A program made the translations under genes and the position numbers. A DNA stretch of 57,485 nt from an uncultured Gammaproteobacteria bacterium (lineage in GTDB: Bacteria > Patescibacteriota > Microgenomatia > UBA12405), in assembly GCA_964556795.1 (NCBI GenBank), contig CAZKWZ010000002.1:1-57485 (forward strand). The letters run 5' to 3'. How positions within the stretch are numbered: the stretch's first letter is position 1; the number at the start of each line of letters is the position of its first letter. Below, piece after piece: positions 18,682 to 27,290 of this stretch. The notes beneath the pieces are model-generated. The model had not been told where the DNA came from. It made no database searches and saw only the letters and a program-made list of their open reading frames with translations.

Positions 18682-19221
18682 CTATTTTAACATTTTATCT
18701 TTTAATTCAGCTTGGTAGATTTTTTGACTATCTTTGATAATCCGATAAGCTTCACTACGATTACCCCAGCCCTTAATAATGGCATCTTTGCAGTTTTCTA
18801 GTCGTTTATATTCAGAGAAAAAATGTTCTACCTCTTTTAAGAAATGAGGAGAAACGTCTGAAAGATTTTTGTAATGATCATAAATAGGATTTCTCAACGG
18901 AACGGATAATATCTTTTCGTCGATTCCTTTGTCGTCTTTCATTAAAAGAACACCCAAGGGTCTAACCTCCATTAGACAACCACTAAATACCGGAGAGGTA
19001 GTAATTACCATAATGTCCAGATGGTCACCGTCGTCTGAGCGAGTTTCAGGAATAAAACCGTAATCGACAGGATAATGCATAAGGGTGTGTAAAACACGAT
19101 CAAGTTTGATTATTCCCAATTTCTCATCGTATTCGTATTTATTGTAGGTGTCTTTGGGAATTTCAATAATAGCGTTAATTGTTTGGGGACTAGAGACCCC
19201 AATACTTATGTTTTCAAACAT
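18682..19221 (-). CDS. ppa: Inorganic pyrophosphatase (family I)
   Basis: IIEIPKDTYNKYEYDEKLGIIKLDRVL, YPVDYGFIPETRSDDGDHLDIMVI. Confidence 0.93.
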   Translation of the reverse strand: MFENISIGVSSPQTINAIIEIPKDTYNKYEYDEKLGIIKLDRVLHTLMHYPVDYGFIPETRSDDGDHLDIMVITTSPVFSGCLMEVRPLGVLLMKDDKGIDEKILSVPLRNPIYDHYKNLSDVSPHFLKEVEHFFSEYKRLENCKDAIIKGWGNRSEAYRIIKDSQKIYQAELKDKMLK

Positions 19222-19237
19222 GGATGGAATAGTAGTA

Positions 19238-20080
19238 TTAACCTTTAAAAAGAAGAAAAAGCAGAAAGGAACGTAAATATAAAGCTGCGTACTTAAATTT
19301 TGGGAGTGGTTTAAAAGCTAAAGCCCACTGGTCATAGACAGCTTGAAGTCTTTGAGAAATTTGTCGACCATCGTCGCCGACAAAATCCGAAGCGTTCAGG
19401 GGTTCAGAAAAATCAATCTTGAATTTGGGAAGTATTTGACCAACATGGGGAAGAATACGTAGAAAATCAGCAGTGGAAGTTCCCCTGACATGAGCCATAA
19501 TTATTTTTGTTTTTTCCGGATATTTTAAATTTTTAATAATGTGACCAACGCCGGGTAAAAAGTCATGACCGTTTTTAGAACCACCAGCGGGAAAAATACC
19601 CACCACAGAACCTTCGTCAATTTTGTGAGTAGCCAGGGCAATGCTTTTAATGTTTTTTTGATGAGCAACTTCTTTGGAATATTCGGGAACGAAATGAATT
19701 TTTCTAAAAAGATTCATTTTCCAATCAGAGCCAACTTCTTCATCAAGACGATGGCCGATATAGACGGGAATAAGATGTTTATTGACTGCAGGTAAGACAG
19801 ATAAAAGTCCATGCATAGCCACTAAATAAACTTTAGATCTGGGGGGGATGGCAGAGATAAGGAGCAAGACATCAGCCTGAGCGGGATGGTTGCAAATTAA
19901 AAGTACCGGATCATTTTTCAAGATTTTCTTGGTATCTTTGGAGATATTTATTTGAAAACCACTGGAGACATTTTTGACAATATCCTTGAAAGTAGGAGAA
20001 AGACCGTGAATTTTTAGATTGTGATTGATGGGTCGGAGGATCCTTTTGACTCCAAATGTTGAATATAAAGATCTGGGCAT
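19238..20080 (-). CDS. Lysophospholipid (1-acyl-glycerol-3-phosphate type) acyltransferase family protein
   Basis: LICNHPAQADV (H-x4-D block) and GIFPAGGS (block III-like). Confidence 0.6.
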   Translation of the reverse strand: MPRSLYSTFGVKRILRPINHNLKIHGLSPTFKDIVKNVSSGFQINISKDTKKILKNDPVLLICNHPAQADVLLLISAIPPRSKVYLVAMHGLLSVLPAVNKHLIPVYIGHRLDEEVGSDWKMNLFRKIHFVPEYSKEVAHQKNIKSIALATHKIDEGSVVGIFPAGGSKNGHDFLPGVGHIIKNLKYPEKTKIIMAHVRGTSTADFLRILPHVGQILPKFKIDFSEPLNASDFVGDDGRQISQRLQAVYDQWALAFKPLPKFKYAALYLRSFLLFLLFKG

Positions 20081-20147
20081 GACTTGATACTATAACAAAT
20101 TTTTTGACCTCTTGCACTTTCGGGTTTTATTTGGGTATTATCTTTTT

Positions 20148-20408
20148 ATGATCCAAAAAATAAATACTCCGGTATCGGTAATGATGGATTTTAACCATTG
20201 CCAGAATAAAATAAAACCGATACAAATTCAATGGAATAATCGGGATTTTAGAGTGGAGGAAATCGGAATGCATTACCAGTTTTTAAAAGGGAAAAAACTA
20301 TATCATGTATTTTCAGTTAGCTCTAAGGGAATGTTTTTCAAATTAGTGCTAAATACGGAAAATTTATTTTGGAATTTAGAAGAAGTCAGCGATGGATTAT
20401 CTGAGTAG
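20148..20408 (+). CDS. Small hypothetical protein upstream of dinB
   Basis: 86 aa from the ATG at 20148 (track start 20112 is a TTG). PIQIQWNNRDFRVEEIGMHYQF...YHVFSVSSKGMFFKLVLNTENLFWNLEEV. Adjacent to or overlapping the Y-family polymerase gene. Confidence 0.5.
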   Translation: MIQKINTPVSVMMDFNHCQNKIKPIQIQWNNRDFRVEEIGMHYQFLKGKKLYHVFSVSSKGMFFKLVLNTENLFWNLEEVSDGLSE

Positions 20409-21600
20409 TAGCGGTTTTAATGATAAAAAAGCGGAAAAAATGTTGATTGACATAAATTCCTGTTTTGCCAGTATCGAACAACAGGCTAATCCCCTATTGC
20501 GGGGAAAGGTAGTGGTAGTGGCGGCTTATAAAAACCAGAAAGCCTGTATTTTGGCAGCTTCAAGAGAGGCAAAAAAGCTGGGTATTAAAACCGGCTGGCG
20601 GGTAGGTGAAGCCCAAGGGATTTGTCCGGAGTTAGTGGTATTGACACCGGATGTGGAAAAATATCGTTTTGTAAACGGAGAATTGAAAAAAATATTATTG
20701 AGACACTCACCTAAGATACAGACAAAATCAATTGATGAATTCGCTGTTGATTTTAAGGATATTAATAAAGATTTAATGGAAGAAGCGATAAAAATAAAAA
20801 AAGAAATTAGGGAAGAAATAGGTGAATGGATAACAGTTTCAATTGGAATCGGGCCAAATATATTTTTGGCCAAGGTGGCTTCAAATATGCAAAAACCAGA
20901 CGGATTAGTAATGATTGATAAAAATAATTTTTGGGAAAGTTATCAAAAATTAAAATTGACCGATTTACATGGAATTAACCTGAGAACTGCTTTTAAACTG
21001 GAGGTCAACGGGATTAAGTGTCCGTGGGATTTTTATCGAAAAAGTCGACAGGAATTAAAAAGCATTTTTAAGTCAGTAATAGCTGATTATTGGTACTGGC
21101 GACTACGGGGTTTTGAGATGGATGATAAGGAGAGAAAGTTCAAAAAAAGTTTTTCAGCAATATTTTCTTTAAAAAACTCAGCCAAAAACAAAAAAGAATT
21201 GGTGGGAGTAATTTATCAATTATGTTCAAAAATAGGACGAAGATGCCGACGGCAAAAAATGGGAGTAGGAGGGGTGGCCTGGTGGGGCGGAGGTAATTTA
21301 CAAATTAGCGGTAAACTAAGAAGTCCGGAACAACTAATAAATGGTTGGGAAATTTTTTCTAAAATTTATCCGAAAATTCCTGAATTTAATGGCGAAATTA
21401 AAAAAGTAGTGGTAGTCATCTATGACCTAAAACCTCTTTGTTGGCAGAATGATTTTTTTGGAAAAAGAGAGAAATTTATGAGGGAAAGTGAGGTAGTAGA
21501 AGCAATAAATAAAAAATTCGGAGTGGGAACAATTTTTCCGGGGACAGTTTTAAATACCAAGATAATCCCTGATTTTATTGGTTTTGGACAGGTGAAATAA
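20392..21600 (+). CDS. dinB: DNA polymerase IV (Y-family)
   Basis: LIDINSCFASIEQ (catalytic D), SIDEFAVD, ITVSIGIGPNIFLAKVASNMQKPDG. The start is uncertain: ATG at 20392 or 20440. Confidence 0.85.
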   Translation: MDYLSSSGFNDKKAEKMLIDINSCFASIEQQANPLLRGKVVVVAAYKNQKACILAASREAKKLGIKTGWRVGEAQGICPELVVLTPDVEKYRFVNGELKKILLRHSPKIQTKSIDEFAVDFKDINKDLMEEAIKIKKEIREEIGEWITVSIGIGPNIFLAKVASNMQKPDGLVMIDKNNFWESYQKLKLTDLHGINLRTAFKLEVNGIKCPWDFYRKSRQELKSIFKSVIADYWYWRLRGFEMDDKERKFKKSFSAIFSLKNSAKNKKELVGVIYQLCSKIGRRCRRQKMGVGGVAWWGGGNLQISGKLRSPEQLINGWEIFSKIYPKIPEFNGEIKKVVVVIYDLKPLCWQNDFFGKREKFMRESEVVEAINKKFGVGTIFPGTVLNTKIIPDFIGFGQVK

Positions 21601-21636
21601 AAATGATATATTTAGATTACGGTCGTTATTAATCAA

Positions 21637-21768
21637 TAGCGTGTGGTTCCCCGCTGGCTGGCGGGGAAAACGAGGAAGGAGGAAATCGAAAGTATCTGCG
21701 GGTACCTCCAGGTTGAGCCAACAACCTAAAAAAGTTTCTGAAAAGGAAATTTTGTTTGGTGACCGCCA
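21637..21768 (+). ncRNA. glmS ribozyme (GlcN6P-dependent self-cleaving riboswitch)
   Basis: Sits in the 5' leader of glmS. AGCG cleavage-site context at 21638-21641, P1 hairpin CCCCGC-TGGCTG-GCGGGG, and core ACGAGGAAGGAGGAAATCGAAAG...CGGGTACCTCCAGG with GGAGG/CCTCC pairing. Downstream hairpins GGTTGAGCCAACAACC and TTTCTGAAAAGGAAA. Boundaries are approximate. Confidence 0.85.
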
Positions 21769-21787
21769 TTAAAATTTAATAAAAAAT

Positions 21788-23386
21788 ATGTGCGGTATTT
21801 TAGCTGCCTCTTATAAAGAGTCCCGGTCTTTAACGGATATTTCCAAATTGATTAAAAATATGGAATACCGTGGTTATGATAGTTGGGGTTTAGTGACATT
21901 AGGAGAAAAGGTTAAATTGTATCGAGCTCTGGGGATGATTAATAGAAAACAAATTGTAGGAAAAACAAAATTAGTTTTGGCTCATACCCGTTGGGCAACA
22001 CATGGAGGGATAAAAATTAAAAACTGTCACCCCTTTTTTAGCTGTGATAAAAATATCTGGTTAGTGCATAACGGAATTGTTGAGAATTACACTAATTTAA
22101 GGATAAAAAATCACCGATATAATTCTGAAACTGATTCAGAAACAATGGTTCATTTTTTAGAAAAATATCAGGAAATTGAAAGTGGAGTGAGAAATTTGGC
22201 AGAAAAAATTAAGGGGAAAAATTCATTGGTAGTTTTTTCCGCCAGAGATAATAAATTTATTGGTTTTAGACGGGGTTCGCCGTTGATAGTAGGAAAAGGA
22301 AGTGGGGTGGGACAAATAGTTTCCGACAGCGTCGCCTTTGATAAAGGAATTGAAAAAATTTATCACTTGAATGATGAAGAAATGATAACAATTGATAGCC
22401 AGCAAAAAATTAAAATATTAAATTTATTGACTAATAAAGAGGTAAATGCTCAATGGGAAAATTTTTCTTTTAAAAAGCAAAACTACGCTAAATCCGGAGC
22501 AATGTATAGGGAATTAAAGGAAGGAGTAGAGGTAATAAAAAGAATCGATGAAAAAACGGGGTTGATTCGAGATTTTAAAAATGAGGTTTTAAGAGCTAAG
22601 GAAGTAATTTTACTAGGCTGCGGATCGGCGGGAGTGGCGGCGGAAATGGGAGCAAAATTGATTGCCTTGGAGCTTAAAAAAAGAGCCACCGCATACAGTG
22701 CCTCGGAAATCGGGGGATATATAGAAAGTTTTGATAAAAAGGCTTTGGTAATAGTACTGTCACAGTCAGGGGAAACCATGGATCTAATTGAAACAACGGA
22801 GATATTTTTAAAAAATAATTTTCAAGTCTTGGGATTAACCAATAATCCCCTATCAACATTGGCCAGAATGGTAGAAAAAAATTATCCCCTACTGGCTGAC
22901 AAGGAGGTGGCAGTAGTGGCGACAAAGAGTTTTGTGGGCATGATTTATTGGTTTTTTAAAATATGTGGAATCCAGGAAAAAATGGAATTTAAAGAAAAGG
23001 AGGCAATAAAACTGGCCAAGAGATTGGTTAAAAGAGATAAATTGTTGATTATTGGCCGGGGAGAAAATTTAATTTTGGCAAAAGAGGCGGCCATAAAATT
23101 AAAGGAGGCTTGCTATATTCAATCGGAGGCAATAGGTGGTGGTGAGTTAAAACATGGAACACTAGCCCTGGTGGAAAAGGGTGTTTTGGTACTGGCCATC
23201 GGCAATAAACTAGAAAACGATATAGCAGAAATTAAAGCCAGAGGTGGAGAAATTTTAGAAATAAATAATAGTGGCATAATTAGCAATTTGTGGTCAATAC
23301 AACTTTTAGCCTATTATTTGGCTAAATATCGTGGCATAAATCCAGACAGGCCTAGAAATCTGGCCAAAAGTGTCACCGTGAAATAA
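21788..23386 (+). CDS. glmS: Glutamine--fructose-6-phosphate aminotransferase (isomerising)
   Basis: MCGILA N-terminal nucleophile Cys, AHTRWATHG, two SIS domains (SQSGETMD), C-terminal LAKSVTVK. 532 aa, shorter than the usual length of about 600. Confidence 0.93.
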   Translation: MCGILAASYKESRSLTDISKLIKNMEYRGYDSWGLVTLGEKVKLYRALGMINRKQIVGKTKLVLAHTRWATHGGIKIKNCHPFFSCDKNIWLVHNGIVENYTNLRIKNHRYNSETDSETMVHFLEKYQEIESGVRNLAEKIKGKNSLVVFSARDNKFIGFRRGSPLIVGKGSGVGQIVSDSVAFDKGIEKIYHLNDEEMITIDSQQKIKILNLLTNKEVNAQWENFSFKKQNYAKSGAMYRELKEGVEVIKRIDEKTGLIRDFKNEVLRAKEVILLGCGSAGVAAEMGAKLIALELKKRATAYSASEIGGYIESFDKKALVIVLSQSGETMDLIETTEIFLKNNFQVLGLTNNPLSTLARMVEKNYPLLADKEVAVVATKSFVGMIYWFFKICGIQEKMEFKEKEAIKLAKRLVKRDKLLIIGRGENLILAKEAAIKLKEACYIQSEAIGGGELKHGTLALVEKGVLVLAIGNKLENDIAEIKARGGEILEINNSGIISNLWSIQLLAYYLAKYRGINPDRPRNLAKSVTVK

Positions 23387-23408
23387 TTTCTGCTATCCTA
23401 TACTTCTA

Positions 23409-24014
23409 ATGGTGACAGAAGTGGTGTTTGATATTGAAACAAAAAAAATATTTGATGATATTGTCGGAAGTAATCCGGCTGATTTAGGAATATCCATAAT
23501 TTCTACTTATACTCGACAAATGGATAATAATTTTAATGAGGTAAGCGGTAAAATGGAGAGTTTTTTTGAGGAGGATTTTCCAAAAATGTGGGCTTTATTC
23601 TCTAATGTCGACAGAATAATTGGTTTTAATTCTCTACATTTTGATGTCCCGGCGGTGGCGGCTTTGGCACCTTATGATTTCAAAAAATTGAAACATTTCG
23701 ACATTATGGATCACATTAAGAATGCTCTAGGTTTCCGACTAAGTTTAAATGCAGTCGCATCGGAAACTTTAGGACACACCAAAATCGATAATGGTCTAAA
23801 CGCAGTTTACTATTGGCAGGAACATTCAGAGGAATCTTTGGCTAAATTAAAAAAATATTGTGAAATGGATGTAATGGTCACCAAAGAAGTTTACGATTAT
23901 GGTCTAAAAAATAAAAAATTAAAATACAAAGATAAATGGAATACACCACGGGAATTGGAAGTTGATTTTTCTTATCCTAAAATTGCCGAGGCCCCACAAA
24001 TGGGATTATTTTAG
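23409..24014 (+). CDS. DEDDy-type 3'-5' exonuclease (RNase H-like fold)
   Basis: Exo I VVFDIETKK, Exo II GFNSLHFDVP, Exo III YCEMDVMVTKEVY. Confidence 0.65.
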   Translation: MVTEVVFDIETKKIFDDIVGSNPADLGISIISTYTRQMDNNFNEVSGKMESFFEEDFPKMWALFSNVDRIIGFNSLHFDVPAVAALAPYDFKKLKHFDIMDHIKNALGFRLSLNAVASETLGHTKIDNGLNAVYYWQEHSEESLAKLKKYCEMDVMVTKEVYDYGLKNKKLKYKDKWNTPRELEVDFSYPKIAEAPQMGLF

Positions 24015-24746
24015 ATCTTTTGGAGTAACAATTACTCCTTGCCATTTGTCGTCTTTTAACATTTCTTGGTATTTATTCCACATTTTTGGGGCTTTTTTCT
24101 TCATTTTTTGTGATATTTCCTGAAACATAGTTTTGCAGCCCTGTTCGTTTAAAATTCCTTTGGCCATAATATGGGCAATAGTATCTTCGGGGTTGGCATC
24201 CATTTCAATAATATTTTTTCCAAGAGCAATTAATAAATCAATAGGATTATCGGTTTTAACAATTTCCCGATTAACTAAATTTAACCCTCTGATAACACGG
24301 GCCTGAGTCCGATCTTGATTGTTTTCCCCCCGACCAAATTGTTCAATTAGAATCCGAGGAATAGCATAACCCCAGGGGGTACTAAGGGGTGACATTTCAC
24401 TCCAAAAACTTTGAGGAACATTATCTTTGGAAATACCTAAATCGGGATTTTCTCCGGGTAGGCGCTCAGTAGGTTGAAGTAGATTAAAATACAAAGGAAA
24501 ATTGTGTTTGGAAGCAACATCAATTAGATAACCAAAGGTAAAATTACATTCAGCATATCTTTTTTCTGTCCATTCTGGGCCATAATCCTTCATCACCTGA
24601 TCTGAGACCGGACAAGCGTGGGACCAAGCCATTTGATGAGCTCTATCTCTAATGTCAGGGATATCTAAATATCTATCACCATGATCACCTAAAAAAGTTC
24701 CTACTCCAAACTTGCGCCCATATTTTACATCGACCTCTTTTGGCAT
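24006..24746 (-). CDS. Hypothetical protein (246 aa), no recognisable family
   Basis: Long ORF, last gene of a tight three-gene minus-strand operon (11-nt gaps). I recognise no motif. Confidence 0.6.
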   Translation of the reverse strand: MPKEVDVKYGRKFGVGTFLGDHGDRYLDIPDIRDRAHQMAWSHACPVSDQVMKDYGPEWTEKRYAECNFTFGYLIDVASKHNFPLYFNLLQPTERLPGENPDLGISKDNVPQSFWSEMSPLSTPWGYAIPRILIEQFGRGENNQDRTQARVIRGLNLVNREIVKTDNPIDLLIALGKNIIEMDANPEDTIAHIMAKGILNEQGCKTMFQEISQKMKKKAPKMWNKYQEMLKDDKWQGVIVTPKDLK

Positions 24747-24757
24747 ATCAAATTATA

Positions 24758-25183
24758 TCATTTATCTTTGTTAGAAAACAAACTTAACACCGCCTGGCTG
24801 ATTCTACCAAGATAAACTTCTCCACCAAGACTGGCATTTTCAATTGTCTTTGGATATAGTTTTAAAATCTTTATTCCTAATTTTCTTTCTCTATCCTTTT
24901 TAATATTAATTTTGTCGGGGTTATTGTTGGTAGTGAGATCGATGGGATACCAGGTGTCTCTCCTGGGAATATATAACCAAAAATCAATACCATCAGCATC
25001 TTCCTCTGGAGTAGCTCTGGCAATAGCAGGTGTTTTATCTTTTCGAGGATCATTTTTACGAAAATCATTTGGAACCTCCGGAACGCCAAGTTTTCCCATA
25101 GCAGTCAAAAATTTTGTTTCCATTTGCTGACCAAAATTATTTTCAGTACATAGCCAACTTTTTGGTTCCCCCTGATTTACCAT
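24758..25183 (-). CDS. Hypothetical protein (141 aa), possible degenerate Mrr-like restriction-endonuclease fold
   Basis: FGQQMETKFLTAMGKLGV ... EEDADGIDFWLYI ... YPIDLTT resembles the E / D-G-I-D / (Q-x-K) layout of Mrr_cat, but the Q-x-K is replaced by D-L-T. Confidence 0.45.
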   Translation of the reverse strand: MVNQGEPKSWLCTENNFGQQMETKFLTAMGKLGVPEVPNDFRKNDPRKDKTPAIARATPEEDADGIDFWLYIPRRDTWYPIDLTTNNNPDKINIKKDRERKLGIKILKLYPKTIENASLGGEVYLGRISQAVLSLFSNKDK

Positions 25184-25194
25184 ATCCCGTTATA

Positions 25195-26064
25195 TCACAA
25201 TATCTGACCAGAGAGGTCTTCGTTTTTATCGCTTTTATTTAAAACGTAAACATCGGCTTTGAAATCATCATTGCCCACAAACTCGGCCTCACCGCGAAGA
25301 ATAGCTTCGTAAGAGCGACAAGCCCGGCATCCCTGCTCACCATGAGGACAATCAAATTTTCCCAATGATTTTTGAAGTTTCATTCGTTTGGCAATTTTGA
25401 GAATTTTTTCCTCGGCCTCTTTTAAATCCGGCAATTTTTTGGGGGTTAATTCATCACTACTGTCTAAATACCAATATGATGCGGCAGTGACCTGGCGGTT
25501 CTGACAATTGTGAACTAAAAGGCTATAAATAGGTAATTGGAGAGAATCCTCCCCTTCTTCGTGACGACTGGTTTTAAAGTCAATAATTTCCACGCTGTCA
25601 GTATCGGAATAATATTTCAACCAATCTATTTTGCCGCAAAGAATAATATTGTCGTCTTCTGAAAGCCAATAATGAGGCAAATCCATATTAATTTTGACGG
25701 CTAATTCTCCTAAAGGACCGGGGTTTTTGATAACCCGACGAATCATTTCTTCACCACGAGTTTTGTATTTGTATTCGGTATCTTTGTCAAAGAAACCGCC
25801 ATTTTTACCGGAGACTTTTTTCCATGCTCGTTCAAATTTATCCAATAAAGGTTCACTAAAACGAAGATCGGTTTTAATTTCTGAAAGCGATTCTACTACC
25901 TCGTGAACAGCCTGACCAAGAGCTAGGGGGGGTGACATTAGTTTTATTTTGTGACCGGTTTTGGGATCTTTATAAATATTTTTCAAATAGTAGGCCTGGG
26001 GGCATTCTAAAAAAGACGAGATTGAAGAATGAGAGACCCAAAGAGCGGTATATTTATCGGACAT
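25195..26064 (-). CDS. PD-(D/E)XK nuclease with Cas4/AddB-type Fe-S cysteine cluster
   Basis: N-terminal Cys (SFLECPQAYY), GQAVHE, GKIDWL, IIDFKTS (D-x-K), QLPIYSLL, and C-terminal CPHGEQGCRACRSY, giving the C...C-x2-C layout of Cas4-like nucleases. Confidence 0.75.
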   Translation of the reverse strand: MSDKYTALWVSHSSISSFLECPQAYYLKNIYKDPKTGHKIKLMSPPLALGQAVHEVVESLSEIKTDLRFSEPLLDKFERAWKKVSGKNGGFFDKDTEYKYKTRGEEMIRRVIKNPGPLGELAVKINMDLPHYWLSEDDNIILCGKIDWLKYYSDTDSVEIIDFKTSRHEEGEDSLQLPIYSLLVHNCQNRQVTAASYWYLDSSDELTPKKLPDLKEAEEKILKIAKRMKLQKSLGKFDCPHGEQGCRACRSYEAILRGEAEFVGNDDFKADVYVLNKSDKNEDLSGQIL

Positions 26065-26070
26065 AAGGAC

Positions 26071-26131
26071 ATTATATAGATTATTTGGGTAAAATTCGGG
26101 ATTAAAACTAGGCCTAAATTTAGGTTATAAT
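26071..26131. promoter_or_regulatory. Candidate divergent -10 boxes for the nuclease operon (-) and the pseudouridine synthase gene (+)
   Basis: Minus strand: TATAAT (26076-26071), 6 nt, ATG 26064. Plus strand: TATAAT (26126-26131), 6 nt, ATG 26138. No SD on either side. Confidence 0.35.
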
Positions 26132-26137
26132 TTAGAT

Positions 26138-26797
26138 ATGACACAAATGAGACTTAATAAATTTTTGGCTCAAGCCGGAATGGCTTCTAGACGTGGGGCT
26201 GATCGACTAATTGAACAGGGTTTAGTGACAATTAATGGCAAGATAGCAACACTAGGTGAAAAAGTTAGTGGTAAAGAAAAAATTTTGATTGAAAATCAAA
26301 ATGTGAAAGCGGTCGAAGAAAAAGAATACATCATGCTCTATAAACCAGTTGGAATAGTTTCTACAGCCAGTGATGAACAAGATCGACAAAAAGTGGTTGA
26401 TTTGGTTAAAAGCAAAAACAGGTTATATCCCGTGGGACGATTGGACATGGATTCAGAGGGGTTAATTATTTTAACTAATGATGGCGATTTGGCACTTCGA
26501 CTAACCCACCCCAAATTTCATCTGGAAAAGGAATATGAGGTAACTACTGACAAAAGTATTGAGGGGAGAAGAATTAACACCGGGATAAATAAGATAACTA
26601 AAATGAGAGGTAATAAAATGACAATACTAATGTATGAAGGAAAAAAGAGACAAATTAGAAATATGTGCTGGGAGGTAGGACTAAGGGTAAAAATACTAAA
26701 AAGAGTGAGAGTGGGTAGTGTTAAACTCGGGGATTTACAACCCGGGGAGTATCGAAATTTAACTCCCCGGGAAGTTGTTGAACTTAAGCGACTTTAA
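26138..26797 (+). CDS. rRNA pseudouridine synthase, RsuA/RluB family
   Basis: S4 domain (MRLNKFLAQAGMASRRGADRLIEQGLVTING) and catalytic GRLDMDSEGLIILTNDG. Confidence 0.85.
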   Translation: MTQMRLNKFLAQAGMASRRGADRLIEQGLVTINGKIATLGEKVSGKEKILIENQNVKAVEEKEYIMLYKPVGIVSTASDEQDRQKVVDLVKSKNRLYPVGRLDMDSEGLIILTNDGDLALRLTHPKFHLEKEYEVTTDKSIEGRRINTGINKITKMRGNKMTILMYEGKKRQIRNMCWEVGLRVKILKRVRVGSVKLGDLQPGEYRNLTPREVVELKRL

Positions 26798-27191
26798 CTT
26801 CTATTTCTTTGGCTTTGGCGGTTTCAGCGACAGCAGCAGAAATGGTAATGACACCATTTTTGACTTTGGCTTCAAGGCTTTTGGTATCGATAGGACGGGG
26901 TAAGTAAGTAGTGTATTCAAATGAGGAAACTTTGTTCCATTGATGAATGATTTTCTTACCTTTTTTTTCGATGTCCTTGTCTTCGGACTTGGCTGAAATT
27001 CTAAGCACGCCATCTTCGTAGGTAACTTTTATTTTATCTGAAGTAATACCCGGAACAGCGGCTTCAACCATAACCTTGTCCCCTTCTTCATAGACATTGA
27101 GACCGTTGGTCATCTTTGTCTCCGGCCATTCATCTTCGTCCCAAAGAAAGGGTTTAAAATCAATTAATGGTTTGAAAGGATAGTAGTGCAT
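26784..27191 (-). CDS. Hsp20/alpha-crystallin small heat-shock protein
   Basis: 135 aa. LNVYEEGDKVMVEAAVPGITSDKIKVTYEDGVLRISA ... AKVKNGVITISA. GGAGG sits 4 nt upstream of the ATG. Confidence 0.88.
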   Translation of the reverse strand: MHYYPFKPLIDFKPFLWDEDEWPETKMTNGLNVYEEGDKVMVEAAVPGITSDKIKVTYEDGVLRISAKSEDKDIEKKGKKIIHQWNKVSSFEYTTYLPRPIDTKSLEAKVKNGVITISAAVAETAKAKEIEVKVA

Positions 27192-27224
27192 ATAGCCTCC
27201 ATTTATTAATTAATTTATAATCAA

Positions 27225-27284
27225 TTAGCAATATAATATATTGACTGCTAGCTGTCAAGATATCAAGTGCTAATATGTTATATT
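27225..27284. promoter_or_regulatory. Divergent hsp20/patatin control region with an 18-bp palindrome
   Basis: Imperfect palindrome TTGACTGCTAGCTGTCAA (27241-27258, 8 of 9 pairs), nested between TTAGCA (27225-27230) and TGCTAA (27268-27273). Minus-strand TTGACA (27258-27253), 17 nt, TATATT (27235-27230) fits an hsp20 promoter. Plus-strand TGtTATATT (27276-27284) lies 6 nt before the patatin ATG. Confidence 0.35.
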
Positions 27285-27290
27285 AAATTC

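Noticed and set aside
23399-23411. TATACT upstream of the exonuclease gene as another leaderless promoter.
   Set aside because: The spacing to the ATG is only 4 nt, too short for transcription to begin at or before the start codon. It was not counted in the leaderless set.
27225-27273. A canonical CIRCE (HrcA) operator upstream of hsp20.
   Set aside because: Only the outer TTAGCA/TGCTAA arms resemble CIRCE and they are 37 nt apart instead of 9. This is reported only as an unusual palindrome, not as CIRCE.
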